Source: Candidatus Binatia bacterium
GTDB lineage: Bacteria > Desulfobacterota > Binatia > UBA9968 > JAJDTQ01
DNA: 64,000 nucleotides
Direction: 5' to 3'
Assembly (NCBI GenBank): GCA_963666515.2
Contig: OY762897.2
Span: 4,128,001-4,192,000 of the forward strand
In this document: one piece after another, positions 47,901-57,531 of the stretch
Numbering within the stretch: position 1 is the first letter of the stretch
Layout of the letters: each line of letters opens with the position of its first letter
The notes under the pieces: generated by a model
What the model was told of the DNA's origin: nothing
Seen by the model: only the letters and a program-made list of their open reading frames with translations
The model's database searches: none
Translations under genes and position numbers: made by a program

Positions 47901-50356
47901 CAGCGACGCAACTCTTCGACCATCCTGTCCACCTGTTCAGGGCGGTCGAACCAGTACTCGCGCAACAGGGGTGCGATTTGAGTGTCGATGACCCCCAGGT
48001 ACCATTGCTCGTCGGCCGAGTCGTCGGGCACGAAGTAGCTGTGGCCAATCCGGAAGCCGGGGCCGAGGTCCTTGTCGTCCCGGATGCGTTCGTTGAGCGC
48101 CGACAGATTCCGGTCGATCCGGTCCACGAGCGACAGGTCGACGTCTGCGTTGAGCAGATAGTCCCGGAACTGTCTGGTGCCGTACGCGGGTTCAAGCGTC
48201 TCGAAAGCGAACCGGCGGCGGAGCGCGTAGTCGACGATGGCCAGGGACCGGTCCGCAGTATTCATGAGTCCGAGGATGTGTACGTTGTCGGGCACGCTGA
48301 ACCGTTCGCCGACGGTGCTGTAGGTCAGCGAGATCGCGTGATCCGGGCCACGCTTGTCCGCTTCGATAAGCATGAGCAGTTCCCCGAAAATCCTCGACAG
48401 ATTGCCCCGGTTGATCTCGTCGATGATGAAGACGAACGGCGTCTCCGGTTCCTGTTCCGCACGCTTGCAAAACTCGAAGAACACCCCGTTACGCAGTGTG
48501 AAGCCGCCCGTCTCCGTCGGACGCCAACCCTGCACGAAGTCCTCGTAGGCATAGGACTGGTGGAACTGCACCATCTCGATGGAACTCGGATCCTCGAACC
48601 CGATCAGGCACCACGCGATTCGCTTGGCGATGAACGTCTTGCCGACCCCCGGCGGTCCCTGGAGGATCAGGTTCTTGCGCAGGGCGAGGGAGTCGAGAAT
48701 GCGCTGGAGCTGCGATTCTTCGACGAACAGGTCGGTGAGGGCGGTAGCGATGGTGTAGGGTTTGGCGCCTATCTCCGGAGGCGGCTTTTTCCCGTAGGTC
48801 TCTTCGTAAATTTCGCTCAGGTTTCGTCCCTCGAACGTCCATTGTGGGCAGGGGTGCATCCGGCCGACGGTTCTTCTGGTCGCCTCCGTAAGGGACATCT
48901 CTTCGCCGAGAAATGTGACCCTGTTCTGCGACGCGACGATCGCTTTTTTGCCGGTTTTCACGGAAACCAGCCGAGATTCGATCGGAATGCCCATCTCCAC
49001 GAAGTTCAGGTTCGGTCTGCGTCCCTGGTCTTTACTGCCCGCATCGTTGTCCATCAACCTGAAGGTGTCCCGCAACCACTGCTTGTACGGAGTGAATCGG
49101 GTCAGCGTCTTGGTGGTAATTGAGTCGTTCAGACTAATGGGTGTGTGGCAAGGATACCACTGGACTGTCCGCAGGTTCGGGAATTCCGCCCGCTCAGGGT
49201 CATTCATGTATTCTCCGGTGACCTGTCCCCACCCGAGGACGACGGAGCGGCCTTTCTTCGCTATGACGACGTCACCGATCTTCATTTCATGTGCGAATCC
49301 CCACACGTTGAGCGAATGGAATCTTGGATTTTCTCCGAAACCGTTTTCGATCAGTGCATTATGGATAGCTTCCCTGGACTCGTACTCGCCAAGGTCCCCG
49401 AGTTCGTCGTATCCGATGGCCGCGATATCGTGTTCAAGGAAGTCTCGCCACAAGCGTGCGCCCTCGCCCGCTGTGATGGCCCACACATCGGCCGTGCCGA
49501 AACGACCGCGGTACCACGTTTCATCGCTCACCTTGTCTGTAGGACCGTCTTCCGGTGGTGCAGCGTGTTGCCATCCTTCCTTGAAGGGGGACTCGTAATA
49601 GTTGACCGTTTCAACACCACGCTCTTTCTGGAGCCGGGTTCCTACGGCCAGCAGGGCCTTGTCGAGTTTAACGAGGTCCATGTTGTCGATATCCTCAGCC
49701 TCGGCGGTTTCATCACGAAAGGCTTTGAGGATGGCCTTCTTGTGGCCTACCGACATGATCGGCTCGAACGTGTTTGGGAACAGCAGGAACAAGAGGGCAT
49801 GTCGGAATTGACGGCGGCGGCCGTCTTTCTGGCCGTCGACCCATTCCGCAAATCTCCAAGGATCACTCAGCAGCAGTTTGCGATTGTCAGGCACGTGTGA
49901 GCACCAGTCATGCATCATGGTGATTATGAAGCGGAATTCACGCCACTGATGGGACAAGTAGGCTATGCCCGGCTCGACAAGTCCGCCGTCCAGAACGTCC
50001 TGCAGAGCCCAGTGTTGTTCAGGCAGGGGCTCTCCCGACCACTCCCAGACCGTCCTGATCCTGTCGAGCTTCGTTGCCCGCTTTATGTGTTCCACGATCA
50101 AGTAATACAGCCACGTCATTTCCGCCCACAGACGCTTCGCCTCCGGGGGTGCGGGTTGGAGTTGGTGCCGCAGCTTCTCCTCGAACGAATCGGTTCCCGT
50201 GTCGGGGCGTTCGACGAAGTGGGTATGGAGTTGTCCGAAGTATTCCCGCGTCCAGAGCCGTTCCTCGGTGAACACCGAGCCGCCGCCGAGCAGACATCGC
50301 TGTTTCCATTGCTCGGCGGCGTCGAGGATGAGAGCGGCGCGTTCCAGTCGACTCAT
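47900..50356 (-). CDS. mcrB: McrB-family AAA+ GTPase with a long multi-domain N-terminus
   Basis: GPPGVGKT, VQFHQSYAYEDFVQG, IIDEINRGNLSRIFGE, MNTADRS, DYALRRRF, IGHSYF. TGATG overlap with mcrC; GGAGG SD before ATG at 50356. Confidence 0.92.
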   Translation of the reverse strand: MSRLERAALILDAAEQWKQRCLLGGGSVFTEERLWTREYFGQLHTHFVERPDTGTDSFEEKLRHQLQPAPPEAKRLWAEMTWLYYLIVEHIKRATKLDRIRTVWEWSGEPLPEQHWALQDVLDGGLVEPGIAYLSHQWREFRFIITMMHDWCSHVPDNRKLLLSDPWRFAEWVDGQKDGRRRQFRHALLFLLFPNTFEPIMSVGHKKAILKAFRDETAEAEDIDNMDLVKLDKALLAVGTRLQKERGVETVNYYESPFKEGWQHAAPPEDGPTDKVSDETWYRGRFGTADVWAITAGEGARLWRDFLEHDIAAIGYDELGDLGEYESREAIHNALIENGFGENPRFHSLNVWGFAHEMKIGDVVIAKKGRSVVLGWGQVTGEYMNDPERAEFPNLRTVQWYPCHTPISLNDSITTKTLTRFTPYKQWLRDTFRLMDNDAGSKDQGRRPNLNFVEMGIPIESRLVSVKTGKKAIVASQNRVTFLGEEMSLTEATRRTVGRMHPCPQWTFEGRNLSEIYEETYGKKPPPEIGAKPYTIATALTDLFVEESQLQRILDSLALRKNLILQGPPGVGKTFIAKRIAWCLIGFEDPSSIEMVQFHQSYAYEDFVQGWRPTETGGFTLRNGVFFEFCKRAEQEPETPFVFIIDEINRGNLSRIFGELLMLIEADKRGPDHAISLTYSTVGERFSVPDNVHILGLMNTADRSLAIVDYALRRRFAFETLEPAYGTRQFRDYLLNADVDLSLVDRIDRNLSALNERIRDDKDLGPGFRIGHSYFVPDDSADEQWYLGVIDTQIAPLLREYWFDRPEQVDRMVEELRR

Positions 50357-50508
50357 GGGACCTCCTTGCAGCAACGATTCTCTCTACATTCCTAAGGGAT
50401 TGTGTCCGGTGTCCGCAATGGCGGGGCTATGGTTGCAGCTGACGCACGCAGGTATCCGGCTCCGTTCGCCGCTTTACGTCCGATCTGATAACGTCGTTTG
50501 CAGGGTCC

Positions 50509-51909
50509 ATGAATCATTCTGCAGCAAACTCTGATGTACCGGTGAAGGTCGGAGCGGATCGAAGAGTGGACGATCTTCCAGGCAAGTTGAGGGAGACGAT
50601 CCGCCGGGAGTGCTCCGGGAGCGGCCCGCCCGGCATCGTGCGCGTGGAAGCAGTGATCCCCTCCACGGATGCCCTGGCATGGCTCCGAGCACAAGCGTCT
50701 TCCGCGGCCAGGATGTACTGGGCCGACCGGGATGGCCGCGATGAGGTGGCCGGTGTCGGCGCCGCGGACCTCCTTGCGGGTACAAGTTCGGACGGCGTCG
50801 ACTCGCTGTTCGAACAGTTGCGCGGTCGGCTCGAGGCCGGGGAAACGGCGGCGAGGTACTTTGGCGGCATGCGTTTCAACGGGAGCGACACGTCGGATGA
50901 CGGGTGGCGGGATTTCGGCGGTTATCGTTTCGTGCTGCCGCGATTCGAGCTGAGCCAACGGGGCTCGGACAGTGTGCTTGCGTGCCAGTGGCTTCGATCG
51001 ACCGATGTGGTCGACACCCTGATGAGGGACGTCGATGCGTTGGTCTTTCCGGCCACCGAGGCTGCCTGTGCGCATCCGGCGGCCACCGCCCGCGAGGACC
51101 TGCCGGACAGGGCCGGATGGGAGTCCGCCGTCGCCGGGACGCTGGAGCTGGTCTCCGGGAGCGCCGTCGGCAAGGTGGTCCTGGCCCGGAAATCGGTCTT
51201 CGGGTTCCCGGTCGCTCTCGATCCCATCGCCTGCATGCAGGCCCTGTTGCCGGAAGCGCATCGCTGCTACCGGTTCTGCTTCGTTCCAGTGCCCGGCCGG
51301 GCCTTTCTCGGGGCGCCGCCGGAGCGGCTGTACTGCCGGGAAGGAAGGCGAATCCTGTGCGACGCCATCGCCGGCACCCGCACGCGCGGCGACGGCGCTT
51401 CCCTTGACCGGCAACTCGAACGCGATCTCATGGGCAGCGAGAAGGAGCGGCGGGAGCAGGACTACGTGGTCCGGGGAATCCGGGAAAGCCTCGCCCCGCT
51501 GTGCAGGTCGCTGAACGCCGGAGTCGATCCTTCGGTGGTGAAGCTGCGCCAGTGCCAGCATCTCATGAGCAACTTCGAGGGCATGCTTCGGGATGGCATC
51601 GACGACGCCGAACTGTTGAAAGCGCTTCATCCGACACCGGCCGTGGGCGGCTACCCTACTGACCGGGCGCTCCGAGAGATCGAAAAGCGGGAACCCTTCG
51701 ACCGTGGCTGGTACGCGGGTCCCGTGGGCTGGGTGGGACGGGACCGCGCCGAGTTCGCCGTGGCGATTCGCTCCGGGCTGGTGGAGGGCTCGACGCTCGC
51801 GGTGTTCGCCGGCGCTGGAATCGTGGCCGGCTCGGTGCCGGGGGACGAGTGGGACGAGCTGGACTACAAGATCAGCCACTTCACCCAGGCCCTGAACCTT
51901 CCGCGATGA
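50509..51909 (+). CDS. menF: Isochorismate synthase
   Basis: KVVLAR, PPERL, AIAGT, KERREQ, LHPTPAVGG, RGWYAGPVGW, FAVAIRS, AGAGIV; men operon context. Confidence 0.9.
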   Translation: MNHSAANSDVPVKVGADRRVDDLPGKLRETIRRECSGSGPPGIVRVEAVIPSTDALAWLRAQASSAARMYWADRDGRDEVAGVGAADLLAGTSSDGVDSLFEQLRGRLEAGETAARYFGGMRFNGSDTSDDGWRDFGGYRFVLPRFELSQRGSDSVLACQWLRSTDVVDTLMRDVDALVFPATEAACAHPAATAREDLPDRAGWESAVAGTLELVSGSAVGKVVLARKSVFGFPVALDPIACMQALLPEAHRCYRFCFVPVPGRAFLGAPPERLYCREGRRILCDAIAGTRTRGDGASLDRQLERDLMGSEKERREQDYVVRGIRESLAPLCRSLNAGVDPSVVKLRQCQHLMSNFEGMLRDGIDDAELLKALHPTPAVGGYPTDRALREIEKREPFDRGWYAGPVGWVGRDRAEFAVAIRSGLVEGSTLAVFAGAGIVAGSVPGDEWDELDYKISHFTQALNLPR

Positions 51910-53711
51910 CGCAAGCCCCCAACTTGAACCAACTGTGGGCGACGCTGCTGGTCGAGGAGTTGGTCCGTAACGGCGTCGATACGTTCTGCATCGCTCCAGG
52001 ATCCCGCAGCACGCCGCTGGTGGTGGCGGTGGCGCGAAACGACCAGGCTCGCAGCATCGTCCACTACGACGAGCGCGGCGCGGCCTTCCATGCCCTGGGT
52101 TACGGGCGTACCACCGGGACACCCGCGGCGGTCGTCACCACCTCGGGCAGCGCTCTGGCCAACGTGTGGCCCGCGGTGGTGGAGGCGTCGCTGGAACGCA
52201 TTCCCCTGCTGGTGTTGAGCGGCGACCGGCCGCCGGAGTTGCAGGACGCCGGCGCCAACCAGACCATGGACCAGGTCAAGTTGTTCGGCGGCTATGCGGA
52301 GTGGTCGGCCACTCTCCCGTGTCCTTCGACCGACATCGATCCGGCGGTGGTGCTGACCACCGTGGATCAGGCGGTAAGCCGCTCCGGCGGGCCGTCCGGC
52401 GGCGCCGTCCACATCAACTGCATGTTCCGGGAGCCGCTGGCTCCCACGGAGCAGGGCGAGGACTTCGAAGCGTACCTGGAACCGGTGCGGTCGTGGCGCG
52501 ATGCCGGCCACGCCTACAGCCGTTACGACGGCGCGCCGTCCCGCCCTGAGCCGGAGATGCTGGCGGAGGTGGCGGAGTTGGCCGCGCGCCGTCCGCGCGG
52601 CCTTCTGGTAGCGGGCCGGCTGGTTGACGCGGAGGCGCGCGCCGCGGTAGCCGAACTTGCCGACGCGCTGGGCTGGCCGTTCCTCCCCGACGTGACCTCC
52701 GGTCTCCGCCTGGACAGCCGCCCCGGCACCGCCGTGCCCTACCACGACGTGCTGTTCGGCTCCGAGAAATTCATGCGGCAACATCCCATCGAGGCCGTGA
52801 TCCACGTGGGCGGGCGGTGGACCTCGAGAAGGCTCCCGGACCACCTGGAAGCCGCGCGGCCAAAGGACTACGTGGTGGTGGACGACCACCCGGACCGCCA
52901 GGACCCCATTCATCGGGCGACCATGCGGTTCCATATCCCGGTGGCGGAGTTCTGCCGAGCCTTGAAGGCCGTGGTTGGGAATTCCCGAGAGGCCGGCGAT
53001 GTGACGGAAAGTCCCGCAGCCAAAGAAGCGGGAGGGGCGCCGGACGCGGACTGGCTCGCGAGTTGGCAGCAGGCGTCGCAGCATGTCGGCCTGCGTCTGG
53101 CCGCCAGTCTTGCCGAGGGACAGACCCTGAGCGAGCCCGCTGTGGCGTGGCTGGTCTCCCGCCATATCGGAGCGGGGGAGGGGTTGTACTTGGCGTCGAG
53201 CATGCCCGTCCGGGACGTGGACACCTTTGGCTGCGCGGTGCCGGAACCCCCGGTCGTGGCCGCCAACCGGGGCGCCAGCGGTGTCGACGGCACCATCGCC
53301 ACCGCCACCGGATTCGCCCGAGCCTTGGGGAAGTGCGCCACCCTCATGATCGGCGACCAGGCGTTTCTGCACGACCTCAACTCCCTGAGGCTTGTGCGGA
53401 CACTCGACACCCCGTTCGTCATCGTCGTATTGAACAACGACGGCGGCGGGATCTTCTCGTTCCTCCCCATCTCCGGGTTTTCCGACGTCTTCGAACGCTA
53501 CTTCGGCGCCTCCCACGGCATGACCTTCGAGCACGCTGCAGCGTTGTTCGACCTTGAATACGTCAGACCGTCCACGCAGGACGAGTTCGTCTCCGCCTAC
53601 GAGCAGGCCCGACGCCGGTCCGGCGCCACCGTGATCGAAGTGCAAACTGCGCGTCGGGAGAACTACGACCTTCACGCGAGCCTGCGACGGACCGCCTTGG
53701 AAGGGCTGTAG
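51906..53711 (+). CDS. menD: SEPHCHC synthase
   Basis: IAPGSRSTPL, DERGAAF.ALG, TTSGSA, DRPPEL..AGANQT, ANRGASGVDG, LHDLN, NNDGGGIF. Confidence 0.95.
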   Translation: MTQAPNLNQLWATLLVEELVRNGVDTFCIAPGSRSTPLVVAVARNDQARSIVHYDERGAAFHALGYGRTTGTPAAVVTTSGSALANVWPAVVEASLERIPLLVLSGDRPPELQDAGANQTMDQVKLFGGYAEWSATLPCPSTDIDPAVVLTTVDQAVSRSGGPSGGAVHINCMFREPLAPTEQGEDFEAYLEPVRSWRDAGHAYSRYDGAPSRPEPEMLAEVAELAARRPRGLLVAGRLVDAEARAAVAELADALGWPFLPDVTSGLRLDSRPGTAVPYHDVLFGSEKFMRQHPIEAVIHVGGRWTSRRLPDHLEAARPKDYVVVDDHPDRQDPIHRATMRFHIPVAEFCRALKAVVGNSREAGDVTESPAAKEAGGAPDADWLASWQQASQHVGLRLAASLAEGQTLSEPAVAWLVSRHIGAGEGLYLASSMPVRDVDTFGCAVPEPPVVAANRGASGVDGTIATATGFARALGKCATLMIGDQAFLHDLNSLRLVRTLDTPFVIVVLNNDGGGIFSFLPISGFSDVFERYFGASHGMTFEHAAALFDLEYVRPSTQDEFVSAYEQARRRSGATVIEVQTARRENYDLHASLRRTALEGL

Positions 53712-53817
53712 AAATGGAAATCCGGCCCGGAGCCATCCCCGACGTAGCTCGTCCGTGCGCCGATTGAGCAGGAAGCAAGTACACTTGACATCTCGGCCCA
53801 AGCGGTCATGATGGGTG

Positions 53818-54297
53818 ATGTACCTCAGCATGCTCAAGACGGTGATGGCAAAGAAGGGTTATCGGCAGTCCGACGTGGCCAGGGCCGCAGGGGTGAGCCG
53901 CCAGGCTGTTTCTCTCTGGTTTGCGCAGGATGACGATTTCCAGAACCTGCACGTTGCCAATCTCATGAACTTGAGCGACGGTCTCGGTATCGACCCGGCC
54001 GAGTTGCTCAAACCGCTCGCGTGTATCTCGGACCCCGCCGCTGCACGGCAGCTCTACGCGGAATTCTGCTGGGATCGTTCATACCCCGACATCTATTCCT
54101 TCCTGGTCGCATTGGCTGGATCTGAGCCGCGTGCAGTCGCGCGGTTCATTGAATGTCGAGGCATCTACGAGGCGGCGGCGGTCCTGGGCAAGGGGACGTG
54201 GCGTGCATACCGCGGCATCCGCAAGCATCTGGCTCCAGCGAGGCGCAGAGAAATCGACACCGTATGGAAGGTTCATCACGATTTGACCCGTCTCTAG
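53818..54297 (+). CDS. XRE-family HTH protein, putative type IV TA antitoxin
   Basis: RQSDVARAAGVSRQAVSLW HTH; upstream TTGACA (53785); overlaps the following nucleotidyltransferase fragment. Confidence 0.75.
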   Translation: MYLSMLKTVMAKKGYRQSDVARAAGVSRQAVSLWFAQDDDFQNLHVANLMNLSDGLGIDPAELLKPLACISDPAAARQLYAEFCWDRSYPDIYSFLVALAGSEPRAVARFIECRGIYEAAAVLGKGTWRAYRGIRKHLAPARRREIDTVWKVHHDLTRL

Positions 54298-54500
54298 CGG
54301 ATCGGGTCCTGCCGCCTCCGCTGCTGGAATCGCTCAGGCACGTCTTTGCGCAGGGAATCAGCGATTGTCTCCTCGTCGGCGGCACCGCCTTGGCCGGTTT
54401 CTATGCGGGGCATCGACGGTCGGATGACCTCGACTTGTTCGCGGGCAATGCCATTTCGTTCAGACAAACCGTTCTGGCCGTTCGTTCCCTGAGGTCCTGA
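54264..54500 (+). pseudogene. Truncated AbiEii/AbiGii-type nucleotidyltransferase toxin
   Basis: LLVGGTALAGFYAGHRRSDDLDLF is the canonical N-terminal motif, but the ORF stops about 20 aa later. Confidence 0.8.
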
Positions 54501-54627
54501 GAGCGGTCGATCTCCACCTTTCGTCCGGGTCGAACAGTGCGCTTCGCGAGGTTGTCCGCAGAATTAGAAAGCTGTAGGTCTCGCTCGGCTGCCGCACCGG
54601 AGCATCCGCCGACGTTCAGGAGTTCAA

Positions 54628-55434
54628 TTGGCCGATCCGTATCGACTTCATTACGAGTATCGGGGGAGCGGGCGGGATACGGACCCGGCGCTGCTGTTCC
54701 TCCACGGTTTCATGGGCTCGGGACGGGACTGGGTGGAGACGGTGGAGGCGTTGCCGGATTGTCGCTGCGTCCTGGTGGACCTTCCAGGTCACGGCCTGAG
54801 CGCGGGGTGCCCGCCCGATCTTTATCCGATGGTGCAGGCGATCCTGGCGTTGCTGTCGGTGCTGGACGACCTGGGCGTCGGGCAGTGTATCCCGGTAGGC
54901 TATTCCATGGGCGGGCGGCTGGCTCTGTACCTCGCGTTGACCCACCCGGACCGATGCCGCGCCCTGGTTGTGGAATCGGCCTCTCCTGGGCTGGCGTCGG
55001 CGCAGGAACGCGAGAGCCGCCGGCAATGGGACGAATCCAAGGCTTCCGAGCTCGAAAGGCAAGGGCTGGATGCCTTCCTGGAAGACTGGTACCGGCAGCC
55101 GCTGTTCCATTCCATCGGCCGGAACGCGGCGCGCTTCGCAATGTTGATGGAGCGGCGGCGAAACAACGATGCGGTGGGACTCACCCGCTCTCTCCACCTC
55201 ATGGGCACGGGCTCCCAACCCTCCTTGTGGACCCACCTTCCCGGCATCCGGTTCCCGTGGCTGGCCGTGGCCGGTGAACTCGACTCGCGCTACAGAAAAA
55301 CCATGCAGGATATGGTAAGCCTCTCGGAAAACGGCAGGCTCGTGACCATCCCGGACGCGGGCCACAACACGCATTTCGAGAACCCCGAGGCATTCTCTCG
55401 CGCCCTGCGGGAGTTTCTGGCCTGCTGCAGGTGA
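54628..55434 (+). CDS. menH: SHCHC synthase
   Basis: FLHGFMG, DLPGHG, GYSMGGRLA, ESASPGL, DWYRQPLF, AGHNTHFENP. Confidence 0.92.
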   Translation: MADPYRLHYEYRGSGRDTDPALLFLHGFMGSGRDWVETVEALPDCRCVLVDLPGHGLSAGCPPDLYPMVQAILALLSVLDDLGVGQCIPVGYSMGGRLALYLALTHPDRCRALVVESASPGLASAQERESRRQWDESKASELERQGLDAFLEDWYRQPLFHSIGRNAARFAMLMERRRNNDAVGLTRSLHLMGTGSQPSLWTHLPGIRFPWLAVAGELDSRYRKTMQDMVSLSENGRLVTIPDAGHNTHFENPEAFSRALREFLACCR

Positions 55435-55441
55435 GCCGCTA

Positions 55442-55542
55442 CGTCATTCCCGCGAAAGCGGAATCCAGGGGACGGAGGGACGCCGCATTCGGCGGCGCTC
55501 CGGCTGCATCGCTTCTGGATTCCCGCTTTCGCGGGAATGACG
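55442..55542. repeat. REP doublet / MITE-like inverted repeat (RS3-like core)
   Basis: CGTCATTCCCGCGAAAGCGGAATCCAG ... CTGGATTCCCGCTTTCGCGGGAATGACG: 27/28-bp arms, each itself palindromic. Confidence 0.85.
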
Positions 55543-55590
55543 GAGGAGTCGGGAGCGTCTTCGGAATCGAACGAAAGCTAGAGGGCAGCC

Positions 55591-56406
55591 ATGATCGAAT
55601 GGAACGAGGCGGGACAGTTCACCGACATCAAGTACCACAAGACCGACGGCATCGCGAAGATCACCATCAACCGCCCGGAGGTGCGCAACGCCTTCCGGCC
55701 GCTGACGGTGGAGGAGATGATCCAGGCCCTGGACGAGGCGAACAACGACCCGACCATCGGCGTGGTGATCCTCACCGGCGAGGGCAAGGAGGCGTTCTGC
55801 TCGGGCGGCGACCAGAAGGTGCGCGGCGATTCCGGCTACAAGGACGCGGCCGGCGTGCACCGGCTGAACGTGCTGGATTTCCAGCGCCAGATGCGCAGTT
55901 GCCCCATGCCCGTCATCGCCATGGTGGCGGGTTACGCCGTGGGCGGCGGCCACGTGCTGCACGTCATGTGCGACCTCACCATCGCCGCGGACAACGCCAT
56001 CTTCGGACAGACTGGCCCCCGCGTGGGCTCCTTCGACGGCGGCTACGGCGCCACCTACCTCGCGCGCATCGTCGGCCAGAAGAAGGCGCGCGAGATCTGG
56101 TACCTGTGCCGGCAGTACAACGCCCAGGAAGCGCTGGACATGGGGCTGGTGAACGCGGTGGTGCCCTACGAGCGGCTGGAGGAGGAGACGGTCCAGTGGT
56201 GCCGCGAGATCCTCGCCAAGTCGCCCATCGCCATCCGCTGCCTCAAGGCCGCGTTCAACGCCGACTGCGACGGTCAGGCCGGCCTGCAGGAGCTGGCGGG
56301 CAACGCCACCATGCTCTTCTACATGACCGAAGAGGGGCAGGAGGGCCGCAACGCCTTCGTCGAGAAACGCCAGCCCGACTTCTCCAAGTTCCCCAGGCGT
56401 CCCTGA
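55591..56406 (+). CDS. menB: 1,4-dihydroxy-2-naphthoyl-CoA synthase
   Basis: [44 protein letters not shown]. Confidence 0.97.
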   Translation: MIEWNEAGQFTDIKYHKTDGIAKITINRPEVRNAFRPLTVEEMIQALDEANNDPTIGVVILTGEGKEAFCSGGDQKVRGDSGYKDAAGVHRLNVLDFQRQMRSCPMPVIAMVAGYAVGGGHVLHVMCDLTIAADNAIFGQTGPRVGSFDGGYGATYLARIVGQKKAREIWYLCRQYNAQEALDMGLVNAVVPYERLEEETVQWCREILAKSPIAIRCLKAAFNADCDGQAGLQELAGNATMLFYMTEEGQEGRNAFVEKRQPDFSKFPRRP

Positions 56407-56443
56407 GGCCCGCGAACTGACGGGACAGGACTGTACCGAACCC

Positions 56444-57346
56444 GTGGCACAGGACACGCGCCCCGAGCCGCCAGGCGTCGTCTCCGTCTGGCTCCTGGCG
56501 GCCAGACCCAAGACCCTCTGGGCGTCCATCTCCCCGGTGGTGATCGGCACCGCCATGGCCTTCGGCGACGGCGGGTTTCACGCGCCCGCGGCGCTGGTGG
56601 CGCTGGCGTGCTCGGTGCTGATCCAGGTCGCCACCAACTTCGCCAACGACCTCTTCGACTTCGAGAAGGGCGCCGACACCGAGGCCCGGCAGGGGCCGTT
56701 GCGCGTCACCCAGGCCGGGCTCGTGACCCCCGGCATGATGAAACGCGGCATCCTCGTGGTGCTGGCGCTGACGCTGTTCGGTGGCCTTTACCTCATCTGG
56801 CGCGGCGGCTGGCCCGCGGCCCTCATCGGCGTATTCTCCGTGATGGCCGGGATGCTCTACACCGGCGGACCCCGCCCCTTGGGTTACCTTGGCCTGGGCG
56901 ACCTCTTCGTGCTGGTGTTCTTCGGCCCCGTGGCAGTGGCCGGCACCTACTACGTGCAGGCCCTGACCGTCAACGCCACGGTCATCGTCGCCGGCCTGGC
57001 CCCGGGGCTCCTCTCGGTCGCGATCCTCGCGGTCAACAACCTCCGCGACGCGGACGAAGACCGCCGGACCGGCAAGCGCACCCTGGCGGTGCGCTTCGGC
57101 CCGGGCTTCGCCCGCGGCGAGTACATCGCCGCCGTGGTCGCGGCCTGCCTGTTACCGCTGGTGCTTTACCTCACCTCGGGCCAGCACCCGTACTCGGTCG
57201 CCGCCATCGCAGTCGTCGTCGTGGCCGTACCGGCCTTCCGCCGTCTCTTCGTTGCCGAAGGTCCGATGCTGAACCCCGTCCTCGCCTACACTGCCCGCCT
57301 GCTCTTGCTTTACAGCGCCGTGTTCTCTATCGGTTGGGTTTTGTGA
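56444..57346 (+). CDS. menA: 1,4-dihydroxy-2-naphthoate polyprenyltransferase
   Basis: WLLAARPKTL, NFANDLFDFEKGADT..R.GP, YTGGP, NNLRD..ED..GKRTLAV. Confidence 0.95.
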   Translation: MAQDTRPEPPGVVSVWLLAARPKTLWASISPVVIGTAMAFGDGGFHAPAALVALACSVLIQVATNFANDLFDFEKGADTEARQGPLRVTQAGLVTPGMMKRGILVVLALTLFGGLYLIWRGGWPAALIGVFSVMAGMLYTGGPRPLGYLGLGDLFVLVFFGPVAVAGTYYVQALTVNATVIVAGLAPGLLSVAILAVNNLRDADEDRRTGKRTLAVRFGPGFARGEYIAAVVAACLLPLVLYLTSGQHPYSVAAIAVVVVAVPAFRRLFVAEGPMLNPVLAYTARLLLLYSAVFSIGWVL

Positions 57347-57531
57347 GGGACCACACGGCCATGGTTTCGGTCCTGACGAGGGTCGCGGCATCGAAGACCG
57401 CACCACCAGCGAGCGGGTGACGGCGTGCTGGTGACCCGCCTCAAATTTGCTTGATTCGGCCTTGACCTTCGCAGTAAACTTCTTTGCAGGGCGTCCCCGT
57501 CAAGGGGACGGTGAATCGAATCAAGGGGAAT

